Shown here one piece after another: positions 1 to 10,747 of a DNA stretch of 64,000 nt. Every line of letters starts with the position of its first letter. Within the stretch, counting starts at the first letter, position 1. The notes beneath the pieces are model-generated. The model saw only the letters and a list, made by a program, of their open reading frames with translations. It was not told the DNA's origin and did not search any database. This stretch comes from Naegleria gruberi (Eukaryota). The stretch lies in NCBI GenBank assembly GCA_000004985.1, contig GG738858.1. One strand, written 5' to 3'. The position numbers were made by a program, and so were the translations under genes.

Positions 1-2564
1 CCAGTAGTGGTATATCTTTGATGGAGTTGTATTTTTACCAAATAAATTTTTCAATTTGTGAACTTGGTTCTTTGTTGAAGATTCAGTGGCAGTACCACCA
101 GTAGTTTCATTCTCCATAGATGTAATTTCATCACTGATATCACACATTTCATCTGATATTTGTTTAGATCTAAAATCCAAGCGCAAATCTACAACAAAAA
201 CTGTAATCACACAGGCCATGAGTGAAATCATTATCAGGAAATGAGATATGGACCCTGCTAATGAGTACTGTCTGGCATCAAATACCTCTGTGGCTCTAAG
301 AATGACTAACAATACAAAGTAAAGAGCAATAATAACACCAATAATAGCCAATAATCCAAATAGAAAGGCATTACTCTTGAGCGTATGGATCCATTTCCTT
401 CCAATACTTCCCTTGTTCTTGGAATCAACAAATGTCATCCACTCATAATAGTATCTGTAAAACATGTATCTGAGACACACGAACAGATAGCAGCAAACAG
501 AAATAGATACTAAACTGGATGTGACAACCACTTGGATATTGTTAACTATTGAAGTAGGGCTACTGCTTGAGGGACCTTGTGGTGGACTAGATCCCAATTT
601 GGCGCCATTCGATGCAATTGTAAAGGCCAACCAAATGAATAAACTTGCAAGGCCAATGTAAGGGAAGAATTGTCTACTCTTTACGGGTTGCTTGTTTCTG
701 AAAATTATTAATCCAACCACTACAGCACAAATACTAATCAAAAATAAGGATGATATTACAATTTTGACAATCATTAATCCACTATCAATTGCTGAAATCT
801 TTTTCAAATTAGTATCAGGGCTAACTAGTTGTGAAATAGGAATATACTCCAGGAAGGCAGAGAAGCTAGTAGTATGGTCACAACGACATTGTACTTGATA
901 ATTTCCCAATACAACTGCACTGCATCCGTAATTGTCCCAAACCTTTGTGACAGTGTTCCAATATCTACAACTAACGTTCTTTGAGTATAGACTTTCATTG
1001 AAGCCTGCTAAGCTTATAGTATCCACATTTTGTGTGTTGAAAACAAACTCGAGAGCATTTGGCAATCCGCTCAGAGGCACATAGTTTCCACCAATGAATG
1101 TTTTAAAACTCATCACGTTACTTATGGAAGTAATGTTTGGATTGGTATTATTTTCAGTTGAAAACCATACACCAATATTATAATTAATAACACCAAATGA
1201 AACATCATTTCCAATATTTTTTACAGAGTCTGGTATGGATATAGAAACTCCAGAGGTGAAGCTTGTTTGATTGGTAACTATTACTTCAAATAATTCAAGA
1301 GCAACCCTAACCAATTTTCTATCAGACCTTATCAGGGAGAGAGTGGATACAGCTTCCATAAGTGTGGTTTGAATATTTGATTCATGTCTGTTGGAATCTG
1401 ATATGACTGGAACTGACAACAAGTTCGAGGAAATATTAAAGCAATCATTCAATACACCTTCTACAAAGAAGGATTCATTGAAAATATTGGCTTTCACTTC
1501 ATCTAGTAATGTAGCAGTCAGATTTGAAACACCGGCTCCTACAAGGAGAGATAGTTCTTCATCAGTTGAATTCCTATTTTCATAAGAACTAATCAAATAA
1601 ATTGTAGAAACATCCTTTGCCTCGAATATAGATTTGATTGATCTATTTGATGCTTCTTTAACAATATTCTTAATTTCAGTCTTGTTCTTCTTTCCCATAT
1701 TTTCTGTAATATCTTTCAAATTACGAGTTGACAAATGTTTCAAATCAGAAACACTCAAACTATTCAAATCAAGTACCATAAAATCAAATTTTGCATTGAA
1801 TAATTTCGTATAATTATACTTTGTTTCAAATACTGTGGCATTCACAAAGTAATCACCAAGTTCAAAAGTGGCAGCTCCAACACTCCAAGTAGAAATATTC
1901 GATTCCAATCTCTCTGCAATCAATCCGCTACTATTATACAATCCAAAACGAAATATTAAATCAGAAAACTTGTCCTGAGCCAATTTGCTCACATCCACCC
2001 ATGCATCCAAGTTTGTTTGTTTCAACAATAAGACAGAACTATCCACTTGCAAATTAAACCATGATCTATTAATTGTTGTCGAAGGATTAACATCACAATT
2101 TAATCCAACATACGGACTCTGACAATCACACACATCTTGCGAACTACATACACCATTCCCTGAGCAAACAGTTGGCACGTTATATCCCTTTCCAAAGCAA
2201 GTATACGAAGGTTTAGCTGGTGTTTCCTCCCTTTCCAAATTTTCAAACGGAACCAGCTTTCTATTATTCTTGTTATTATTACTATCATTATTTATCAATA
2301 TTAAATTATTCTTCTCTTCATCGATCAATCCAATATTTAACGATGATCGTTGCCTTTCGCTACATGTTGTCCTCCGATGCAACAATGATGATGAAGAAAA
2401 TTACAGTGCTCGTTTTTGTGGTTAATTTTTTGGAGGGAAATTAAATTTGGTGCGTTGAAGATTATTTGTTGTTGATTCTGCTGCTGATAGGATGTTGTTA
2501 GCAAAGTATCAAAGACGAGGAGCAAGAGAAGGATTGTGTTCAACAAGATTGTTGTGATGCTCAT
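1..2564 (-). CDS. 5'-partial paralog of the EGF/GPS/7TM receptor at 37180. It has a signal-peptide exon (about 2397-2564), at least one short intron near 2340-2400, then a long open frame running off the window at position 1
   Basis: The minus-strand ORF 2337..2564 starts MSITTILLNTILLLLLVFDTLL, a signal peptide. The downstream frame reads ...PAKPSYTCFGKGYNVPTVCSGNGVCSSQDVCDCQSPYVGLNCD (one EGF-like repeat). It continues to CRYWNTVTKVWDNYGCS...CRCDHTTSFSAF (GPS-like motif, same pattern as CKYWDESSQLWSSKGCSF...CSCVHTTMFTTF in the 37180 gene), then several hydrophobic helices and a cytoplasmic tail that is still open at base 1. The exact splice site was not resolved; the frame shifts by +1 between the signal exon and the body. 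Confidence 0.55.
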
Positions 2565-2769
2565 GGTTGCGAGGTTGATGATGTTTTTAAAGATGTTCCA
2601 ATGTACTGAACTTTTTTTTTATTGTTCCTGTTTGATACAGCGTGACTAAAGAGTTTGCATTTGAGAAACAGGAATCAAAATAAGAGTAGACAGGTGACAG
2701 AGCCTTAATCGACTTTATTGGAGATGAAGAAGGCAGAAAATATGTTTCATCCCACAGGGTTTATTTATG

Positions 2770-4563
2770 TTATCTATGCATCAGATTGAGTGTTTCTTCT
2801 ACAATTAGATTTGGACTGGTAAGAGCCATATCAAAATCTGCATCAATTATCTTCCATGCCATTTTGGTGGAATTGTAGTAGGTAGCTAAATCTTGGTGCA
2901 TTGATAAAAAGGCGTTTGCACGTTCTTGTTGATAAATAAGAAAATCATTGCATAGAGCTGTTCCAAAAGAAAGGTAATTGTCCTCGCAAGATCCATAAAG
3001 TAATTTCTTTGATGTGAGTATACTGACTGGAATAATTGTTGAATTTGAAGAATGGAATTGCTGTCTCTTTGCTCTAATATTTATAATATTGCCTGTCGTA
3101 TTTTTCATGTCATCAAGCTCACCCCAAACAGCATTATTGAACTTGTTGATATTTGTTGTATGTTGGTTGTATTTCAGTAAAAGTTGAACAGCTGTTGAAT
3201 TTGGGAAAGATGAAAAATACGTCTTCCAGCCATTCAAGTAATATCGTTCATGGATTGTTCCTAAGGTGGAAGGGAGTTTTTGATAGAAATAATTTGAGAA
3301 ATATCTAGTAAATCCAATAGGTGTTACGAATCTAATGGTATTGGCCATATAGGCTTTCTCTTCTAACATATTGCTTATTTGAGTATCAGTTAAATTATAC
3401 ACACTACCAAGATGATATGTGTCTTGCTTTTCATGAGATGGATGCAACAAGATAACACCCCTCAAGAGTTTTCTGTGATATTCCATGACTGTTCTGGCTG
3501 TGAATGAGGCACTTGAATGTGAAATCAAAATGAATGGTGTTTTGAAAGATGCCTCTTTCACAAGTGCAATCATTTCATTCATTGTTGTATTGCTCAAATC
3601 TCTTGGAAATGGTCCCGAATCGCTGAATCCATATCCTGCTCTCTCAATCACACAAGCTCTCATTCCCTTCTTTGCCAACAGAGTGATTAAACTCTTCATA
3701 TAAGCATATGGTGATGCAACTCCAATATCTGAATCGAGAAGCACTGCATCTTCACTTTCAGAATCTCCTTCACAATACATGTGCATATTCAGTGTTTGAG
3801 CACTCGAGGGTTTAATGCTGTACATGGTTCCAGGGACTTTATATTCATCCTGTGTTATCGAAACTGATTGGACTGTAAACATGATGAATAAGGCACAAAC
3901 TAAAGCCATAAATGTATAGACTAGAAGCTTGATGACTGTTGTAACTCGACAACAAATTCTGGTTCTGAAAAAGCTTTCTTCTCCATACCATTTTTCTTCC
4001 TTCAAATCGAATATTATTGTATTTGATTTTCTAAATTTCTTGAATTGATGATATGCAATTACAAGATATGAAATTGGAGAGATGACAAAAAACAGGCAAA
4101 GCCAACCAGAAAGTCTCTCTCTATTCTCACTATAAAGTCCATAACAAACCCAATTAATCAAACTAGAGATGAAAATAAGTACTCCCCAAAATATTCTCGC
4201 AAAGAGAGCCATGCTATATCCGTCAATATTAATTTGACGAGTTAAATTATCCTTAATAAGTCCTTTCTTTTCAATAAAAGATACAATCCTCTTATACCAT
4301 CTCAATAAAAATAAAGGTCCGAATAGATCAAAAATGAATGTTAATGAAAAAACCATTTGAAATGCACTTGTCCACACAACAGTAGTAGGAGAACCTGCAG
4401 TAAAATATCCTATTTGATCAGAATTACTATTATCCATTGAAATTCCAAACACTACTATGGAGGATAATGCACAAAATAATATTGTTAGAATTGCAACTTT
4501 GTAAATTGCTCCAATTATTCCCTTCTTGGTCTTTTTAGTCTTCTTCTTTGTTGGCTTTTCCAA
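2770..4563 (-). CDS. multi-pass membrane protein with a C-terminal alpha/beta-hydrolase-fold domain (paralog A)
   Basis: 597-aa ORF. The N-terminal ~250 aa contain about 6 hydrophobic helices. The C-terminal half has CVIERAGYGFSD (a D-x-R-G-x-G-x-S-like AB-hydrolase motif) and ILISHSSAS (a nucleophile-elbow-like motif). The first codon is TTG with no in-frame ATG upstream; a possible acceptor lies at ttaatag near 4585, so a small upstream exon or a non-ATG start is possible. Confidence 0.55.
   Translation of the reverse strand: MEKPTKKKTKKTKKGIIGAIYKVAILTILFCALSSIVVFGISMDNSNSDQIGYFTAGSPTTVVWTSAFQMVFSLTFIFDLFGPLFLLRWYKRIVSFIEKKGLIKDNLTRQINIDGYSMALFARIFWGVLIFISSLINWVCYGLYSENRERLSGWLCLFFVISPISYLVIAYHQFKKFRKSNTIIFDLKEEKWYGEESFFRTRICCRVTTVIKLLVYTFMALVCALFIMFTVQSVSITQDEYKVPGTMYSIKPSSAQTLNMHMYCEGDSESEDAVLLDSDIGVASPYAYMKSLITLLAKKGMRACVIERAGYGFSDSGPFPRDLSNTTMNEMIALVKEASFKTPFILISHSSASFTARTVMEYHRKLLRGVILLHPSHEKQDTYHLGSVYNLTDTQISNMLEEKAYMANTIRFVTPIGFTRYFSNYFYQKLPSTLGTIHERYYLNGWKTYFSSFPNSTAVQLLLKYNQHTTNINKFNNAVWGELDDMKNTTGNIINIRAKRQQFHSSNSTIIPVSILTSKKLLYGSCEDNYLSFGTALCNDFLIYQQERANAFLSMHQDLATYYNSTKMAWKIIDADFDMALTSPNLIVEETLNLMHR
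3422..3777. repeat. ~350 bp tract identical to 6327..6682, with a single mismatch (gene-conversion tract within paralog A)
   Basis: Direct comparison of the two plus-strand stretches: cttgcttttcatgagatggatgcaacaagataacacccctcaagag ... ttcactttcagaatctcc is identical in both genes, with one mismatch at 3769/6674. The flanking sequence is only about 40% identical at the protein level. The identical antisense ORFs 3485..3703 and 6390..6608 are by-products of this tract. Confidence 0.85.
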
Positions 4564-4620
4564 ATCAAAGAAAGTATATCTATTAATATGAAAATGTTAT
4601 AAAATCATGCAAAATAAAAC

Positions 4621-5340
4621 CTACACAACTGGTTCTTCATCTGCTTGTTCCGTAGTATTTTGAAAAACAGAGAAGAGGGTTTTCTTTTTTGGTTTTTTTA
4701 CAATGGTACGAGTTGAACATCCATCCAAGTCAATGCTGTTAGTACTGTGAAAGCCATGATCAAAGGGGAATTTATGATGTTTTTGCATTTCATTTCTTCC
4801 TTCTCCATGTTCGACAATATCCGATAGTGGTGAATGTGTTTCACCTCCTATTTTAACTCTCAACAACTCTTTTGCTGTAATTATTGCATTATCCTCTAAA
4901 GGATGAGAATTATTTGGCACACGTACGACAGTGTCGCTCAATCCAAGAGAAATTGGTGAAAGGCCTTCAGGTAAGGATGTATTGGATGTATTCTTTTGAT
5001 TATTATTTAAATTGCATGTAATGTGCGTATCATGACACCCCTTCTCAGATGTTGGAGTAAAAGAAACACCATCACTCCTATTGCAAGACTCACTATCACC
5101 ACTTGGTGTAGAATTACTACTATTGCTATTACTATTACTACTGTGTGTATTGATAATAATTTGTGGAGGAAGTGTGGTTTCCATCATGATCATAGAGTCA
5201 TGATGTTGAGTGATATTGGTTATTCCTTCATCATGATGATGATGCTGAGGTAACGGAGAGGAGGAATGCCTTCTAGTCTGTTGTTGTCCTTCTGATGATG
5301 AAGATGAAGAAGAGGAAGGTGTTGAAATTGAATTGAACAT
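4621..5340 (-). CDS. hypothetical S/H/N-rich low-complexity protein
   Basis: ORF 4621..5346 has a first in-frame ATG at 5340 (MFNSISTPSSSSSSSS...). It has poly-Ser, His and Asn runs and no recognisable domain; coding status is uncertain. Confidence 0.3.
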   Translation of the reverse strand: MFNSISTPSSSSSSSSEGQQQTRRHSSSPLPQHHHHDEGITNITQHHDSMIMMETTLPPQIIINTHSSNSNSNSSNSTPSGDSESCNRSDGVSFTPTSEKGCHDTHITCNLNNNQKNTSNTSLPEGLSPISLGLSDTVVRVPNNSHPLEDNAIITAKELLRVKIGGETHSPLSDIVEHGEGRNEMQKHHKFPFDHGFHSTNSIDLDGCSTRTIVKKPKKKTLFSVFQNTTEQADEEPVV

Positions 5341-5701
5341 TTTCAAAGATGTAGTAGTAGACTTGTTGAATACAACAACACACTAATAATTCAGCTATAA
5401 TTTTATGCTTTAATGATGGAAATGCTATTCTTGATGATGCTTGCCAAACAATAATGGCTCATATCATCTATGATATTGGTGAATGGCTGGTTTTTTTGAG
5501 TGGATTTATTTGGTGGTGAGAGGAAAACGAACTGTGATCAGCCACAAACTGATGCGGTTAAGGCATTGAAGAATTGTGAACGAAAAATTTCATTTCAAAG
5601 CCTTCTTGCAAGCTGTGTTGTGCTGAGAACGAAAAATCAACAACAAAAAATATAAGAAGAGGAAACGCCCCTTCAATATCTATGACTGCCCTTTGAGTTT
5701 T

Positions 5702-7570
5702 TCAAAAATCTTGAAGAAAAGGAAGTATTAGTTCGGGATGATGTAAAGCAATATCATAATCCGAGGGGATGTGTTTCCAGGAGACGGAGTAGAGCTTGGG
5801 TTGATTTTTGTAAAAATTGAAGAGATCTTGATGGAGGAGTTGGATGATGAAAGATCTTTGGAATTGTTTTTGGAGGAAATCTTGGCAAATTGATGAACCT
5901 TCTGGAAAGAAATTTTGGCTACAATTTCCATTGAGAAGATAGCTTGATGTGAGGATGATTAGAGGGAGTGGTTTTGTTGAATTGGACATTGTTTGTGGAT
6001 TTTCTCTATTATGGATGATCTGCTTATTATTGAATGGGATGGATTTCAACTCACTCCAAACAGTGTTCGTAAATTTGTTGCTATTGAGAACACTATCGTA
6101 AATTTTCAATAATGTTGAATTAGTGAAAGATGGATAGAAGTACTTTTTCACACCATTCATATAATATCTATCATACCAATTATCCTTTTCATTTTCCTCC
6201 AATAATCCAAAAACTCGAAATATTCCAATAGGAACCAGCATTCTAATGGTATTCACATGGCTTACTTCAGTATTGTAGTGTTCCTCTACTGTTTCATTCT
6301 TGACAAATGTTCTCAGTAATGATTCTTCTTGCTTTTCATGAGATGGATGCAACAAGATAACACCCCTCAAGAGTTTTCTGTGATATTCCATGACTGTTCT
6401 GGCTGTGAATGAGGCACTTGAATGTGAAATCAAAATGAATGGTGTTTTGAAAGATGCCTCTTTCACAAGTGCAATCATTTCATTCATTGTTGTATTGCTC
6501 AAATCTCTTGGAAATGGTCCCGAATCGCTGAATCCATATCCTGCTCTCTCAATCACACAAGCTCTCATTCCCTTCTTTGCCAACAGAGTGATTAAACTCT
6601 TCATATAAGCATATGGTGATGCAACTCCAATATCTGAATCGAGAAGCACTGCATCTTCACTTTCAGAATCTCCCTCACAATATAGATGAAGGTTAATTGT
6701 CTGTGTGTCTTTGGAATATAAGGGCACCTGAACTGTTTGACCTGGCATGCTTTGAATTCCTGCCAAGATAGATACAGCCTGAATAACACAACCTATTAGT
6801 ACCACAATTAGTAGAGTTGTAAATATTAACACTGAAATATGGGCTGCTTTCATGAAGTATTTCATTATGGTTGATCTTTTAGAATACAAAAACAGATAGA
6901 TTTCATGGCAATTTTGTGTCTTTTTGTGCTTATGCTTTCCAAATTTTTCCTCATAGTATTCCTTGACATACCTTCCTTTAACAAACTGGTAATATTTTGT
7001 TAACAAATCAAAGATTACATTACTTACTTGATATACAATCACTAGAATATATGCAATCATTGGAATTAATCCAGAGAATGCAAACCAACCAGTCAATCTA
7101 TCTCTACTCTCCTTTACAGTATATGAAATCCAAATAATGGAAAGCAATAGCATTGTTACAATGGTAATTAATAATTTGATAATTAACATCAGAATAGAAG
7201 TATCCCATGATAGATACATGTAATTTGTATAATTAGTAACAAAAATCTTTTTCCTTTTAATACTAAATCCCATCATACAGCCCATAATTGGTATGAAATA
7301 TGAATCAATAATTAATAATCCAATGTAAAATAGCATTACAATAGAAATCCAAAATATTGTAACTGGTGATCCACTTGTATAAAATCCACTATTCGACACT
7401 ACATTAGCAGCACTAACAGACATTGTAACTATATATGAAATCAAAAAGAATATCAGTGTTATAGTGCTAATTTTGTACAGTGAATGAAAAATCTTCTCCA
7501 CATGTTTGAGTTCACTCGGCTTGGAAACAATTTTTGGACTTGTACTAATTGGAGAACCTTGCATTTCCAT
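5702..7570 (-). CDS. multi-pass membrane protein with a C-terminal alpha/beta-hydrolase-fold domain (paralog B)
   Basis: 622-aa ORF starting at ATG 7570 (MEMQGSPIS...). It has an N-terminal multi-TM region and the same hydrolase block as paralog A, including 136 identical residues. An 80-codon in-frame ORF (7571..7810) lies directly upstream, separated by a single TAA. Confidence 0.6.
   Translation of the reverse strand: MEMQGSPISTSPKIVSKPSELKHVEKIFHSLYKISTITLIFFLISYIVTMSVSAANVVSNSGFYTSGSPVTIFWISIVMLFYIGLLIIDSYFIPIMGCMMGFSIKRKKIFVTNYTNYMYLSWDTSILMLIIKLLITIVTMLLLSIIWISYTVKESRDRLTGWFAFSGLIPMIAYILVIVYQVSNVIFDLLTKYYQFVKGRYVKEYYEEKFGKHKHKKTQNCHEIYLFLYSKRSTIMKYFMKAAHISVLIFTTLLIVVLIGCVIQAVSILAGIQSMPGQTVQVPLYSKDTQTINLHLYCEGDSESEDAVLLDSDIGVASPYAYMKSLITLLAKKGMRACVIERAGYGFSDSGPFPRDLSNTTMNEMIALVKEASFKTPFILISHSSASFTARTVMEYHRKLLRGVILLHPSHEKQEESLLRTFVKNETVEEHYNTEVSHVNTIRMLVPIGIFRVFGLLEENEKDNWYDRYYMNGVKKYFYPSFTNSTLLKIYDSVLNSNKFTNTVWSELKSIPFNNKQIIHNRENPQTMSNSTKPLPLIILTSSYLLNGNCSQNFFPEGSSICQDFLQKQFQRSFIIQLLHQDLFNFYKNQPKLYSVSWKHIPSDYDIALHHPELILPFLQDF
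6327..6682. repeat. gene-conversion tract, copy 2 (identical to 3422..3777)
   Basis: see 3422..3777. Confidence 0.85.
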
Positions 7571-8003
7571 TTAGTTATTATTCTCAAAGAACATACTATT
7601 TTCAAATTGATCAGTTTCCTTGACTACCTTTGGATTTTTAAGTCTAGGAATATTCCACAGACTTTTCCACCTCCTCAATCCTTTATTATTTGGTTTTACT
7701 GCATTTTCCTCTTTATTCGGAGTGATTTCTGTCTGCACACTTGGTGTTCCGAGAGTTGCATCCGATGAACACTCTTCTTGATTCTTTAAAGTATCAACAC
7801 TTCCAATCATTCTATTTTTTGTCGATTTGGCTTATAAGTTTAATCGACAAATTTGGAAATTCTCTTTTTGGAAATGCAAGAGAACATTGTTAGTAATTCT
7901 AAAAGGAACTTAACTTTAATGTAACTAATTCTATTTGAACAACAGTATCCAACCATATTTAAGGATAGCAATTTTTAGATTCTCTGGATAACAACAAAAC
8001 AAA

Positions 8004-9629
8004 ATGAAATTAATTCTCATAGCTTTATTTGCAGTACTTGCATGTTTAGTTGCATTGACAAGTTGTGAACATACTATCAAAACCAAGCAATTATCCAAAG
8101 ATTCTCTTGTTTTGGAATCAACCAACAGCAATGAAGATACAATTGAATTCATGTTCAATAATGCCGAGCATTTTCCATTGATTGGAGTTAAGCTTGTTCG
8201 TCAAGCTCCAACCAGCACCAATCAATCATCCAGTCAACAAGCTAGTCAGAGCGGATCTCAAAGTCAACAATCTGGCAGTCAATCTTCTTCACAAACAACA
8301 CAACCTCAACCTCAATCATCCACCAGTCAAATGCAGCAAGAACAAGCAAATGGTACTGTTTCAGCCTCCCAACAGCAACAGCAACAATCCAATGCTTCTT
8401 CACAAGCAGCAAGTCAACAATCTTCTCAATCATCTAATCAAACTCAAACTGTCGAGAAGCAAGACAATCCTCAAGCACAAAGCACTTCACAAGCAGGAAG
8501 TCAAGGTACAGGCAGTTCATCCCAAGCTACTACTCCTCAATCTGGTAATCAAAATAGTACCGCAAGTTCCACTTCCACTTCACAAAGCTCTCAACAAGGA
8601 TCCAGTAGTTCTTCCCAATCCACTGCTCAAACTAATCCTGTCTCTCAAGATAACTCTTCAATTTCTGGCGATACTCACATGGACTTGACACCAAACGTTA
8701 CTCAATCTGTCGGTCAAGGCAATGTTTCATCTACACCATCTGTAACTAACGTCAATACTACCTTGATTAATGAAACTCTCCAAAATATTGGTATCAGTAA
8801 TTCTACTGCATCAAAGGATATTAATATTACAGATATAATCGGAAGAATAATTAGTGGAGAGAACATTACTGAGATTATCAATAGTACCTTAAGAAATTTA
8901 ACTCAATGGCTTAACTCTACACTGAGCAATGATACGGATGACAGCTCTCAAACATCTCAACAATCCAAGAGAGGGTCACTTCGTAGAAGACTTCTTTCCC
9001 TCCTTGAAGAAAATGAAGAAAATGAAAACTATGCTCAATATCTCAAATTTAACAAGCTCAAGCTTATGTCAAGTGAAGGTGAAACTGTCAAGGAAATTCC
9101 ACTTTCAGATGCAAATATTCACTGGAATTATGGCCACTCCGTTGTAGTCAATAATGAGCAAGCATTTAAGGTTCCTCACGTTGATGTTGAAATTCCTCTC
9201 TCATCTTCCAGTAATAGACCATCACTCAAGATTAGAACCATGATGACTGAGGCACCATCTCATATTGAAAGAAATGGTAGGGATATTCAGTTGAATCCAA
9301 GATCTATGGATATTCAAATTACTTTGAACAACCTCCATGATTTATTATCTGAAAAAGAGAAGAAGCTATCAGGTGCTAAATGGACCATAGAAACTGAATT
9401 GACATCCACAACAAATTCATTGCACTTGATGCAAACCAAGAACCTGAACGGTGTTCAAAGAGTTGTTGTAATGGGTAACAATTTCACTCCAAAAGGCCAA
9501 TTTACTTTTAATTCTTCCCCTAATATGAAAGTTATCCAAGATTCTGACAATGACGACCTTATCTCTATTCAAATTCAAGACTCATCCAACTCAATTCAAC
9601 TCAACCCAATCAAATTTGGTGTGCAATAA
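8004..9629 (+). CDS. secreted S/Q/T-rich mucin-like protein with a structured C-terminal domain
   Basis: ATG at 8004; signal peptide MKLILIALFAVLACLVALTSC. About 250 aa of SQ/ST low complexity are followed by about 230 aa of non-repetitive sequence. Many N-x-S/T sites. Confidence 0.5.
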   Translation: MKLILIALFAVLACLVALTSCEHTIKTKQLSKDSLVLESTNSNEDTIEFMFNNAEHFPLIGVKLVRQAPTSTNQSSSQQASQSGSQSQQSGSQSSSQTTQPQPQSSTSQMQQEQANGTVSASQQQQQQSNASSQAASQQSSQSSNQTQTVEKQDNPQAQSTSQAGSQGTGSSSQATTPQSGNQNSTASSTSTSQSSQQGSSSSSQSTAQTNPVSQDNSSISGDTHMDLTPNVTQSVGQGNVSSTPSVTNVNTTLINETLQNIGISNSTASKDINITDIIGRIISGENITEIINSTLRNLTQWLNSTLSNDTDDSSQTSQQSKRGSLRRRLLSLLEENEENENYAQYLKFNKLKLMSSEGETVKEIPLSDANIHWNYGHSVVVNNEQAFKVPHVDVEIPLSSSSNRPSLKIRTMMTEAPSHIERNGRDIQLNPRSMDIQITLNNLHDLLSEKEKKLSGAKWTIETELTSTTNSLHLMQTKNLNGVQRVVVMGNNFTPKGQFTFNSSPNMKVIQDSDNDDLISIQIQDSSNSIQLNPIKFGVQ

Positions 9630-10192
9630 TCAAAAGTGTTATCCCTTCACCTTTTGAGAATTTTGAGAGCAAACAACTACACTTGTGAGCAATATTCTAA
9701 TAAAACTACTTGCCATTACTTACACATTTATTTTTTGAATTCACATCAACCTCAATAATTTCATAATAACATGTGTCCTGGTTCACTCAACCTTTCCACT
9801 TTGTGAACAGTCTCTTGTAAATGGCCTCGAGTGAACAGTTTGGAAACCTCACAAAGCAGCTGTATCCTGACAAAAAAATCCTCTTCGGTAAACTGCTCCC
9901 AAACATATCAACTCGCATACTTCATCCTGTCACCTAACCGTCTCCTGTCAACGCCCATCAATAATTTCGTTAAAACATTTTTAAAAAAAATTCACCTCAC
10001 GTGAACCAAACACACACAGAGTGAAAACCTAACTTTCTCTAGATAAAAAACCTATCGAAGATTCTATTTGTTCCTGTTGATTAGCTTCTTCACACTATAA
10101 AGAAAACAAAACTTTGGAACCTCCTTTTATTTACCGCCAAAATTTACAATTTCTCCTTTCCTTTCTATTTGCTCCAATAACAACAAGAAAAA

Positions 10193-10420
10193 ATGGCCAA
10201 CCGTATGAATGACTTTGTCCTGCAGCAATTATTAGCTGAAAATCAGAGACTTCAACAAGATTTGGATTCCTGTCGAAAGGCTATACCCATTTCTGAGGCT
10301 TGTAAAACCCTGATTGAATATACTAATGAACACAAAGTTAAGGATATGTTGGTTACCTCTGATCCAACCAATCCATATCTGAATCCTCCAAAGGATGGAG
10401 GTTGTTGTATGATCATGTAA
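10193..10420 (+). CDS. heterotrimeric G-protein gamma subunit
   Basis: 75-aa ORF. It has a coiled-coil N-terminus (LLAENQRLQQDLDSCRK), a GGL-like core (SEACKTLIEYTNEHKVKDMLVTSDPTNPY) and a C-terminal CaaX box, CMIM-stop, which is the typical prenylation signal of G-gamma. Confidence 0.65.
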   Translation: MANRMNDFVLQQLLAENQRLQQDLDSCRKAIPISEACKTLIEYTNEHKVKDMLVTSDPTNPYLNPPKDGGCCMIM

Positions 10421-10747
10421 TTTTATTATAATAATAATAGTTGAAGAAGAAGGAGAGCACGTTGTTAATGTGTACTCACATTATTGCAAGATTACCTATG
10501 TTACTTCTTTAATATTACTATTACTATTATTATTTATTTTACATGTTATCATTCCATATATTCTACTACTTTTGTAAAACTGACAATTAGTTTTACTTTT
10601 TCCACCTTGCTAATAGTTTTTCACATCTCTCAGTTGTACACATAATAATATTAAAAAACTCACATTATAATTTCTTCTCTTGATGGATATTACGAGAATA
10701 ACATTCGATGAGAGTTTAGCGATGCCGAACCTATTCGAAACTTTATT

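Noticed and set aside
3485-3703. Identical 72-aa plus-strand ORFs at 3485-3703 and 6390-6608
   Set aside because: They lie antisense inside the identical gene-conversion tract of the two minus-strand hydrolase genes. They are a by-product of that tract, not independent genes.
8182-8688. 168-aa plus-strand ORF overlapping the mucin-like gene in another frame
   Set aside because: An alternative-frame ORF within low-complexity SQ-rich coding sequence. It has basic, repetitive composition and no start context. The 8004-9629 frame has the signal peptide and a structured C-terminus.
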